Shown: positions 25,901 through 35,300 of the stretch, piece after piece
How positions within the stretch are numbered: position 1 is the stretch's first letter
Layout of the letters: the number at the start of each line of letters is the position of its first letter
Translations under genes and position numbers: made by a program
The notes under the pieces: generated by a model
Told to the model about the DNA's origin: nothing
The model's database searches: none
Seen by the model: only the letters and a program-made list of their open reading frames with translations
Source: an uncultured Planctomycetia bacterium
Lineage (GTDB): Bacteria; Omnitrophota; Gorgyraeia; 2-01-FULL-45-10
Reading direction: 5' to 3'
Assembly (NCBI GenBank): GCA_964450115.1
Contig: CAYVCD010000002.1
Coordinates: 1-53,652, forward strand
DNA length: 53,652 bases

Positions 25901-26335
25901 AAGGTCGTGAAGATAGCTCCGGAGGACCTGCAATCTTTAAATGGCGGGAAAGATATAAATGTCGAATTCGCCGATGAGACAAAAGAGCTGGAGCTTCTCT
26001 TGAGGCACGTAAACTCTCGCTACCAAATAAATAACGGCATGCTCATGGGAGTCATTAAAGGCAGGACCGATGCTTTGTATGAATCCGGTATAAAGAACCT
26101 GGCCAAAGAAAAACATGTTCCTATAGTCTCCTTCGAGCATATAGAGTCCAACGATGTGGATAAGGAGATATACTCATTCAGAGAAGCCTTGTCGTTATTG
26201 ATCTCTATAACGAACGATACAACTCCCCTTAAAGACAGAGAGTGGTTTAAGCTGTTAAGGCCGATAGAAAAAGAAGATATCGATAGGATATATCAGGATT
26301 ACAGGCGTGCTCTAGAGGTGGCTATAAATGCGTAA
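19991..26335 (+). CDS. giant protein 2 (2,114 aa from ATG 19991), signal-peptide-like N-terminus, otherwise uncharacterised
   Basis: Uninterrupted frame. ATG 19991 gives MKLRFNKTYRIIAAMLLVAFLAQDISWA|YP. The track's TTG at 19943 lies inside the leader hairpin and is less likely. Only a HEAT-like repeat was recognised by eye (LLAALNDTNLQVRLAVISAMHKL, about 20521-20610). The stop overlaps the ORF3 start. Confidence 0.85.
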   Translation: MKLRFNKTYRIIAAMLLVAFLAQDISWAYPSQASNSNLAVPGLQNASVLSRLKKVLANKLFKKKGKSFNNSAIDTTIKKDPIPQNHLSANIVLPPDISAALKDIDEKNAKHIIDMIRRIYSHEKIGIMRQNHWLEYITGLLRDPRTQYKIVASKAAALIFEDSYHLDKMDEGSLRKAEEALLAALNDTNLQVRLAVISAMHKLVESRYDVRVYTLKQMAGRFDELIRKYHKVDATLEDAALRAMMALSSERDIELSSAYAVRAFDESLKAQAKTLGKNIRTFLKEERRSDFRMRGLSRVLDRCVADSGMGLTAYIRSVYFMKFIESLFSDEKTDIAKIKEYVLKLPRGSSNIDGRIIVYDPILKLADKELSEMYFTSGQDVRSLLSWRKDSEPVQAFDFYGEVFMTQSRVRFLEMADKGLVYYDANQKRFVTNPATFIDVASGETSMPDSDRITDGDALSMYIAELEAMECYIMSDAKSHEKNFLRPLFELLFNRLEKDFEGSEDFITYCRELIRRWPEGSYEIRKAMNDEEAILLEKFGKIKNSYATRNASIQLYGILLFYLTLKPQPYLGHLYDEYMKNSPPHNLSLYRTGISYHTRGDNVIYFFPKNLLFNGTNADALGKQRRGEAPFEDARKSENAAKILEAVKIWRRECPNLENRIKRFENNSTVSELIMKTSLIFSDPVHNVIRVVHAGRGRRLLFLPKNYLDSLRVDSEYDMKELAVWLNFAQRYLDIHDHMSGRKVAAHQVQKVLSELVRRSFEKEDTHLVEPEILKYRMSQLMKQDELIKYKDVLISLALEEAEVQVMEKISRPTKDELMILENAYGRIAHGYEVLGMKSRSERAYNGMADIITKIQSTDPWALPYELQVDLILTALRFGRWEDFINELKILLTGKGYPRDIRWTELSYIMKEIITPASMGPRSLESTIMRALAAQIAAADPRSAEVIKETADQANGMLSKYFKNPFGNLGMDDITGCPSPEALERLKKGEDNPNSLIDVENRLVRKVAGFESCTDIGRMDPYSISMTTRTANTLEGMGYILNEFRKPVGDAGISDAEVALINKSAVVVNMMDKNGHEQSCLLKILSREDPVEKAVENFLRNDLSVYEGLAKNNGCKNIILVLGKKHPSYPTNIIVPSERGEDILIVSYGSGEQPEHINAASAGDAVKKSGISDPDALEAFLKIQKEASLQSVYKAAEYFIGIGTPGAERLLKMAVTKKGHFQEEFLGEFIEARAVEDNIRYSRVIELGMERFGAEVDFVLEVDRSKYQSNTKGGFELEDGVYLGESKTSDKSNSLERVIEGAVSDKVERYLRVALNKRKSESGNPNAPLIKGIIFAIGGETVRSEGVVDFTITRLEEGDNLRSDGIGTFLALIPDTIVARGRDRLTFKERSFISDLLSDLKARGMLDSARISSLVPILKAALMEYGLSRTQFMISDAIKEAGADPYIGQTQNKEIWNSVFRALGARTGISLNMDFQSQKFLIDREASVNGRTDLEISYWQSGLSEFKNTRGRARCEFEIAGLPGRWVPLIDEHDQVVIAHISDSGSQKALNDYFVFRPDVTSKDLLIDKELERLALGSERLLYYARSGADPVPVRIPVTVSYDEKLTSNVLIGYIKAAIGGSRLLYYFGQQIMKSPARWEAWGLEPELGSAGAIKAVARPFGILGDKDEGSLVFDRHEKMARVSDIVVLDNKGKFGIVAEFGFHDMFQLYHKYANSFIFMAQHGSKISGQSSRLPQSVLLYADDIAIGGKKAARESQGISARKLILERLEQILDRASSSYQKEPNMLMPRTVYFMLGGALTADRPAYFKLPVIAQFRWHKKEGKYIPVKSGLKILEGEDNLEGLFQAAYSYIKRAEGLIPGPLAKPEATVAPSLEIPGSADILSAALVLGLRIADSVPGTANAIDDVVNSKALVLFADDILERGTAADLAYTLRESSTLNNSTIVLYGKRPGRAELLEKIISSSAQDKGIKVVKIAPEDLQSLNGGKDINVEFADETKELELLLRHVNSRYQINNGMLMGVIKGRTDALYESGIKNLAKEKHVPIVSFEHIESNDVDKEIYSFREALSLLISITNDTTPLKDREWFKLLRPIEKEDIDRIYQDYRRALEVAINA

Positions 26336-29300
26336 TAAATATTTAAGTTTAAAGCCCGGGCTAAATGGGTTGAGGGAAGCTTCCCCCCGAGTAGCGACTC
26401 TTATCCCAACCCGGGCTTTTCTAATGAAGATAATGGCAACGATCTTGATCGCGGCGTTCATCGCGCAGGATATCGCGTGGGCGAATCCCGAGATAGGCCA
26501 GGGTGTGCCTTCAAAGAGCTCGCTGCAGATACCGCTGATGTTGGGTCCGATGCGCGCCGGTGATGTCGGCATGCTTATGGAAGCGAAGGTCCAGCAGATA
26601 ATACGCTCGATACCGTTAGAGGAGCTTAAAGAGCGCAAATATAAATTGCCGATCGAAGAGAGGGGCATAAGATTTCAAATAACCTTCAGCGTAGATTCGA
26701 GCGAAAGGCTTGTGGCGAACTGCACGGCACCTGGAAAAAATCCGGTCAAACGAAAGTTTGTCATTAAAGACGACCTCACGTTCGCCACTGAGAACGAAGA
26801 GACGCCGAAAGAAGCATCATCGCTTCCGAAGTTCAGCGAAGCGCTTGCGAAGATGGATGCGCACATGAGGGAGAGCGCTTTTGAAAGGGCTAGGAGCGAT
26901 AACTATGAATATCATTTTGATGAAAATTCGCCTCAATTCCTGCTTCATGCCATCTTCATATATTTCGGAGACACTCCAGTCAATGACTTAAGCGCTATAG
27001 ATATATACCTGACCGTTATGGCCGGACAGAGTGACCAAAAGGTGAACCTTGCTCAGTCTTTTAATTTATTAAGGGGCATTATCCGCACCATACATAAGGA
27101 TGGCGAACTCTTACCTCCGCGTGAAACATTCAATAAAATGAGCCCTGAATCAATCAATGCCGTAATTGAAAAGATGCTCGCATTAAGAGAGAGCCATCTT
27201 AAGATCATCGATGAGTCGGAATCCAAATTTAAGGAGCTCATCCCTGACGTAGAATTTGCGTACGATTATCTGGACTATTTCAGAGGTCGTGTTGTCGAAT
27301 TTTATGATGAGCTCGCGGCAAGATACGCGGCGCTACTTGCGGCGAAGCACGCCAAAAAGGGGAAATCGGGCAAAAGCGAATATCTAGGCATGCTCGGAGC
27401 GGGGTTATTGCAAAAGCTATATGATAAGGTCGCCGATCACTTAATAACGCGATATGTAATTTATCTTCTCAGATGGCAGTTAAGCTCACCCTTGATAGCT
27501 CCTCTCGTAATATATTTTGGCGGGGGTTTTGCAGCTGTTGTATTGACCAATATAATAGGCGGTATTGTATTCTTCTGGCTCGATAAACTTATATTGAAGG
27601 AGCCGGGCAAATTATTCTCCGGCTGGAAAGATTTTGCCGGGGAATATCTTTTATATCTGGCAAGGTGGCAGCTGACTACTCCACTGATATGGATATTTAC
27701 ATATTATATGGGCACGGGCCTGTCATCAGCCATATATGCCAATATAATAGGTGGACTGATATTCTTCTGGGTCGATAGACGGATCTTGCGTCCTTCAGAG
27801 AGTTCGAAAAAGAGAGAAGACAGTCTACGAAGATCCGGCTCAGGATCTGTTCACGAACGCCATCTCTCCGATGTGCCGACCCCCGGAGCAGAGCCGATAT
27901 CCGATAGCCCCGCGGAATTGCTCAGGTACAAGCTCGACCAGGAAGCGCTGTGGAAGAGCGTGAATGATCCGCTTGCCGAAAGGAAGCGCGGCCCGCCTGA
28001 TAGGCGCGTCAATCTTGGCGGACCTGCAAAAAAATCTTCACATCCTACGATCACGCCGGTAATGCGCAAACGCGGTCAATTGATACGTAAGGTCAAGACA
28101 AGGCTGCATCTTTTAGGCCTAAGGCCTCTTGCTGTAAATGTTGTAGACGAGATCGCACGGATGGCGTCTAAGGACCCTTCCATAGAGAAGCTTAGTTTTT
28201 ATATGGTAATTAATGCCGCAAAAGCCAACCATATCAAATTGCAGTCCAGAACAATAGATAAGGACAAAAGGATTGCCGAGATAATAAGGCTGGCCAGAGT
28301 ATTTTACAGAGATAACGGGAGAAAGCCCACAGCCAGAGAGACTGTCGCCCTTATTAACAAAGAGGATCCTTACGCTGGCTGTACTTATTACAATTTTATG
28401 AAGTGGGTGGAAAAGAATGCTATAGCATACGATAAACTCGGGGTGTTTAAGCAGCATGCCGGATTGGGTGGTTTCGTGGACGAGGCCATTAAAAAGGCAA
28501 AAGAGATAGCCGGACAGACCGGTAGTAAAAAAATAAGACTGGCCGATCTGAGAGAAAAGCTTAAATTAAAACCGCCGGCGTTTGCAAACCGCGTAAGAAG
28601 TTTGAAAGAAAGTAGCGGTGTGGATTTATACGACGAGCTCAGTAAGGCCGGGTTCGAAATCATGCGAGGAGCATCCGCCAGCACGCCTCCGGCAAAGGAT
28701 GCAGGCAGGCCATCCACGCGTTCCGCTAAGCGTCCCGACAAAAATAAACCCCTGTATATTCCGATAGCGGTAGTCAAGACCCTGATCAGGCGTGCGCTTA
28801 GAAACGACGTCGTTCCCGATCAGTACCGCGCTACGATGTCAGCCGGCCCGAAAGGGCTTGACCGTCAGCGGGTAGAAAATTCTATAAAAGAATACGAAGC
28901 TCTTATGGATTTTAAGAGCGCAGATCACAGCCGGATAGATGCGGCAATAGATACCTTAAATGCGCTTAGCAGGATGGATTCTAAATATTATACATTGAGT
29001 TTATTGAGAAGAGCGGCCAGCGTTCTGGATTATGAAGATAAATATAGATTAAAGGCTATGAAGAACGCCGCGAGGCGACTATTCGGATCCATCCCTGATA
29101 ACCTCGTATTTATTTCCTCATCACCAGCAATTAACAGCAAGAAAAACGGCTCAGAGCCGGAAAGTGAAAAAATAATATCGGATCAGGTCGGGAGACTGAT
29201 CAATACCGCGGGCCAGTTCCCCAGGCTGACTGCGATCGGTGAGGTGAAATTGAGCGTCCTGTACGGGTTGGGTGACAAAAGTGCGGGAGATACGCTGGCG

Positions 29301-32300
29301 ACATCCAATTTACGTCTGGTGATCTCAATAGCTAAGAAACATAGAGGGCCGCGCCTTCAGTTCCAGGATCTTATACAGGAAGGGAATATAGGCTTATTAA
29401 CGGCTGTCAGCAGGTTCAAGCCTCAGAAAGGATACAAATTTTCCACATATGCGACATACTGGATCAGGCAGGCGATACAGAGATATGTTGAAGATAATAA
29501 GAATCATATAAGAATACCATCCTTTAGATATGACAGGGTGAATAAATTCCGCAAAATTTGTGAAAAAAAGCAGATAGATCCTTTTGATAAGAAAATGGAT
29601 CCGTCACAAATAGCTAAGGCGATCGGGTGGAAGGTGACCGAAGTAAAAAGAATGTTAGAAATATTATCGCTTATGTCAACAGCGTCTTTAGACTCTGCTC
29701 CCGATGGTAAAAATAAGCATGACATAGAATTTTCCTACGCAGCCAATACCGTTCAAAATGATCAAGGTCCTGGTATTCTTGAGCGGCAGGATGTGATCGA
29801 TGCCATTGTAAAGAATACTATAGAGCTGATAAGACAGAGGTCCAGGGAGAATAAAGAAAGAGATGCATCGGTATTTATATTGAGGATTCTCCCGGTCTTA
29901 TTGGGTACCGGCAAGAGCGTGCCGACCCTGAAAGAGATGAGCATGCGTTTTAAAATTTCGAAAGAGAGGGTTCGCCAGATTGTTAATAAATGCCAAACTG
30001 CTCTTGAGGATGCGTTGGCCTACATGGGCTTAAAAGTAGAAGATCTCGGTATGACCAAGAGACGTTCTGTAGCGAGCGACAAGGGTGAGCCGAAAGAATA
30101 TCACGGGCCGAGTGCCGGAAGAACGTCACCGATACGTTTACGCAGTCGCAATCTTCCCAGTGCTCCGGCTCGAGTGAAGCCGCGATTCAAAGGGTCGCCC
30201 TATGCCGTATTTCTTAATCTTAAAAAAGGTTCAGCATCGGTAGAGGAACTGCTCGGGATGATAAGCGGCGGAATAAAGAGCGCCCAGACGATAGAAGATG
30301 ACTTGAGAATATTACGCAGGGCCGGCGTAGTGGCTTCGTTAAGAGTAAAGTCGAGAGGCCCTGTCTTTAGAATATACGGGAAAATCGGTAAAACAAAGTT
30401 GGCAAGCATAGAATCGTTGCTGGAAGGATCTTACAGTCCGGGTAATATTACAAAAAATAGCCGCGGGACAGGCAGACAATTTGTAATAAGAAAATTACGC
30501 GAAATAGTCCTTTTTGATCCCGCAAGAACCGCCAGACAGTCGCCTGAGGAAATAGGCCGGGAAGCAAGAACGCTCCTGCTCAAGGAAAGCCTTGAGAGCC
30601 TCGAGGCCACTATCATGGCGTCTATGGTAGATGGCAAGGAAAGAACGGACCTTGTAAAGCTGATACGCGCTCGTATAAAAGGGGTCATTTCAGGACCATC
30701 TCCGGCCCGGGCCGAATGGGATGAAACAAGATGGACCGGTTCGGACACGCTCCCCAAGCGCCATTCGCTCGCCATACCCGGCGCGGAAGATGATATTATT
30801 AATACTTTTACGATAGGAAAGGGGCCGAGAAGATTAGCTGAGGGCGGAGCTATCCACTGTAATTATCTCTTCGCATACGATCCTGCGTCAAAGATAGGCG
30901 CTGCGGCGCATATCAGTTTAATAGATATGGACCCATTAAATGATAAAGATGTGGAGAGCGTTTCTAAAGGTATCAGAACTTTGGTAGAGACATTACAGCA
31001 TGCGGGAGCTAACGCGGCAGAACTGCGATTCACCATAGTGAGAAAAAAGGACGTCGCTCCTATCGAAGAGCTGTCTTTGCGGACCGAGGCTATGCTGGTC
31101 AATGCTTTTGGTAAGCTTGGGTTAATAAATTTTAATAGATCCCTAGTCGATAATGACTCGATGGTATTTTTGGATCTCGCAACCGGGGGCATATCACAAG
31201 AGGATAGGTCAGTAACCAATACCAAAATATCTGCTGATATTCTCAAGGCTATCGAATCGGATATCGCCGGTTTCGGATTGCGCACCTGTCTTGCCAAATC
31301 AGCGTTGCTTATATATATTTTGCGATCTTTAGGTGAAGAGGCAACGCTCATCGGCATGTTTCGCAAGGATGAAGACATGCCTTTTCAGTATTTGGTGCGT
31401 ACCGTTAGATGGGGGGACAGGGATATATCTCCTTTTGGTGGGGAGGCCGATGATTACGAGCGTACGGTCCCGGTACCTGAAACAGATTACGAAAGAGGCT
31501 TGTCATCTTTAAGAGAAGGAGGGTATCTTGCAAGAGCCGACCTGGAAATTTTAAACGCTTATAAAAAGGTGGTCCCAAATGCATTTGACATAGATGATGG
31601 CACGCTGATCTATGCTTTTGATTATGACGGAACTCTAGCGGATGCCACCGGACGCATGCAGGATGAAATTTCCGCGAGCTTGATCGCGCGCCTTAAGGCG
31701 GGTAAGAAGGTGGTTATGATAACAGGCAGGAACACCGCTTCACTGCATCATTATTTCTCATCCTATATACCTTTAGAGACACTTAAGCGGTACCATAAAA
31801 ATATTATATTTATGGCGGAATTGGGAACCGAAGTCGGGCGCTTCAACGAAGATGGAGAGCTATATGTAGACCGGAAGAACAGTATGCCTCTCGATAGCGC
31901 GAAAAAACGCCAAATAGACGCGGTCTGTTATGAGGTGCTCCAGAAGCGCGGGCTGCACAATATAGGTGGAATAAATACAAGGATACTCCCTCATACCAAT
32001 CCGGGAGAATATCCCAAAGGCAAATCTATTGAAATAGGTTTGGAAAAATACGGGACTGTCACCATCCGGTTCTGGGAAGAGTCTTTAATGCATCATATGC
32101 CCGGGGTCGTCGAGGACCTGAGGCAGGGGTTAGTAGATATCGGATTTTATGTTGCGGCATCAAATGCAGCTATAGATATATCACCGATCGACAAGGCCGA
32201 CGCTGTGAAGAAGCTATTATCGATTATTAAAGACGAAGATGGCGAAGATATACCGCTTTCGAGTGTAGCAGTGTGTGGTGATAGCCAAAACGATTACGCT

Positions 32301-35300
32301 ATGCTGGGTATGAGTGTTGTCAAAGCAATATATGTAGGAAATAAAGAAAAGAAGGACCTGCCTGCCGCCGTTGCGGCAAACGTGCATATTCCTGCGAAGC
32401 GCGGTCCGGACGGGGTATTGGAGATATTAAGGAGTGGGTCGTTCTCTGCGCCCACGCAGGGTGGCGAACCCGCCGCCATGTCGAAGCCGGAGCCGGAAGC
32501 GCAGATCGCGCGCGGCGTCAATACGACAAAATTGTCCGAAGAACTTGTTGCCGAACGGAAGTTGATCTACGATATCCATAGCCGATGGCCGGCGGCGGTC
32601 ACGGTATTCGGGAGCGCGAGGATCCCGGAGAGCGATCCGTCATTCGTTAAGGCAAAGGAGCTGGGAGTCGCATTATACCGGGCAGGCCTTTCGATAAGGA
32701 CAGGCGCCGGTCCGTCTATGATGGAAGCGCCTTTCATGGGCTATCTCGAAGAACGGGAAAGATCCGGCGCGGCCAAGGAGCTATGGAACACGACCCAGGG
32801 CATACGCATAGAAGGCCTGCAGATCGAGCAGCATACGACCAAGTTTGTTGAGGATAACTACAGCTTTGATCATTTTGTCACAAGAAAGATGGGCCTTTAT
32901 AATAACTGCCGCGGCATAGTGGTGTTTCCCGGGGGATTCGGAACGGTGGACGAACTTATTGAAGTATGGTTCAGGAAGATACCGATGGTATTGATCGGCA
33001 AGAGTTACTGGCAGCCTATCATAGACGCCATTTACCGAAGCTGGGCGGCAAAAGGATGGATGGAGTTGATCGAAGAGAAGCCGCTGATCACGGATTCGAT
33101 CGAAGAGGCAGTGGCTCATATCCGTTCGTCCAAAAAAGATCTTATGATAGAGTCAAGGGAAGATATGGAAGCGGCGAATGAGGATATAAGGTCCTCTCTT
33201 GTGACCCTCGAAACCTGGCAGCCGGCTGTTACCGTTATGGGTCAATCGGAGCTCTTAGATAATGTAGAAGCGGACGTGTTGACCGAGATGACGAAAGAAC
33301 TGCTCGCAAAAGGGATACCTGTGCGCTCGGCGACCGCGAACCATTACCTGAAAGTGACTCTGGAGAATGCCGCAGGGGACAAAAAAGATATGCTCCAGGC
33401 AGTACTGGCCGTTCCAAAGGAGAGCGCGCTAGTCCCGGGGCCGAATCGCATAGTTACCCATAATCTATCTAATCATCACGTTCTGGTAACCGAGAATTCG
33501 CGCGCTTTCGTCATTCTGCCCGGCCGCGCGAAGACACTCAGCCGTCTCTTTGACCTGGTAACGGTGATGCAGACAAAAAAAGTCAAGACCAGGCCCATCA
33601 TATTAGTAGGCAGTAAATTTTGGCAGCCGATAAAAGACGCGATCAAGGATGCGGCTCTCGAATATCCCTCAGGGCAGCTCATAAATCCGGAAGACGCTGA
33701 TTTGCTTCAAATAGTCGACACCGCCGAAGAAGCTCTTCGGATCATCAACATTGTAGATGCAGGTAGCATAGTTAGGGATGCGACCCGAATCGCGCGCCCT
33801 GGCGACATGCCGCCCGGCCCGAGAAATCCACGCGACAGATTCTTTAAACAGCCGCCGGATGAAGTATCGGAAGCGGCTACCAATAAGACGTATAAACCCG
33901 TGTCGCCTATCGGTGAAGACGATATTGTTACAGCGTTTAAGAAGGGATGGGAATACATCTGGATGCGCAGCACCAGAAAGGCAAAAGGCCGGTTCCTGCG
34001 GGAGGCCGCCAAAGCGCTGAAAAGAGAGCCGGGAGTATTAATAGTTAATGATTTAACATATGGGCTAAAGCGGATATGGGGGCACTCTGCGAGCGGGCTT
34101 ATAATATGGACAATGAAAAAATTCCGTATTAAGAATCCGACGGCTGCAATGAAGGCATTAAAGCGATATGTCGGTATAAAGGCAGTGCCGTGGACTAGAT
34201 ACGGGCAGCCTATCGGTGAAGACGATATTGTTACGGCGTTTAAGAAGAGATGGAAACACATCTGGGTGCGCAGCACCAGAAAGGCAAAAGGCCGGTTCCT
34301 GCGGGAGGCCGCCAAAGCGCTGAAAAAAGAGCCTGGAGCATTGACTGAACCCGATTTAAGGAATGGATTAAAGCGTGCATGGGGACGCTCTGCGAATGGG
34401 CTCACCAATTGGGCGAGAGAAGAATTTGATGTTCGGAGTTCAAAAGCGATTATGGAAGAATTGATGCGGTATGCCGGTATAGAACCAACGTCTCAGTCTA
34501 GACGTGTGATTGTAGAAGATATCACAGAAAAGACAATTTTACAGCATCTTAAGAAAAGGACCCGGAATATATGGTTAAGAAGCAACAGAGATGCCAAGAG
34601 AATGGCAGTCCTTTTACTTGCCAGAGAGCGGAACAAAGAGCCCAGAAAATTAAATGCGAAAGATTTTATTACTCCGATCCCATTATTTGGAAATCGTAGT
34701 ATAGGCGGAATTATACATTGGGCGCGCCACCACTTAGGTGTACAGGCGGGTGCTATGAGCAGTTATTTGCAAGCTATCCTTGACCTTAAAGAGTACCTTG
34801 GGATAGAAGATACTATTGTGCCGAAGAAGAGATGGGAAGCCAAGGTGGAGGCAGACTGGGGTGAGGTATGCGTCATACTGGATAAGTATGAGCATCTGAA
34901 AACCACGGAAGCAAATGTCCGCACGATCCTTAAAGGATGCCGTTTTAATAATAAGGAAACCGATCTGGCTATGGGACGGGAAGTTCAAAGAGGGAATCCA
35001 GCCGCTAGGGAAGCCATGATGATAGTTTATGAGACCGCCCTCGACTATCCGGCGGCAGGATTCAATAGAAGATATCCCGATATCAGTGTCGATGAATTCA
35101 AGTCCGCCGGCAGGATCGCTCTTGCCGGATGCGTTGAGCGCTATGATCCGGAAAGGGGTTTCGTATTCATAACGTTCATAGGCTACAGGAGCGACAGTAA
35201 GCGCGTCTTCGGACGCATCTCGGGTGCGATGGTCGATCTTGTCAGGAAAGTCCATGGCACCAGGCGAAAGGGGAAGGTGCGCGAAGTCCAGGGCGGAGCC

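Noticed and set aside
33707-34408. 233-aa minus-strand ORF inside ORF3. Similar long antisense ORFs occur at 46745..47503, 44042..44641, 30863..31378 and 34734..35255.
   Set aside because: They lie entirely antisense to a frame with strong domain signatures. Their translations are low-complexity (S/A/R/P-rich) with no recognisable motifs, which is typical of shadow ORFs.
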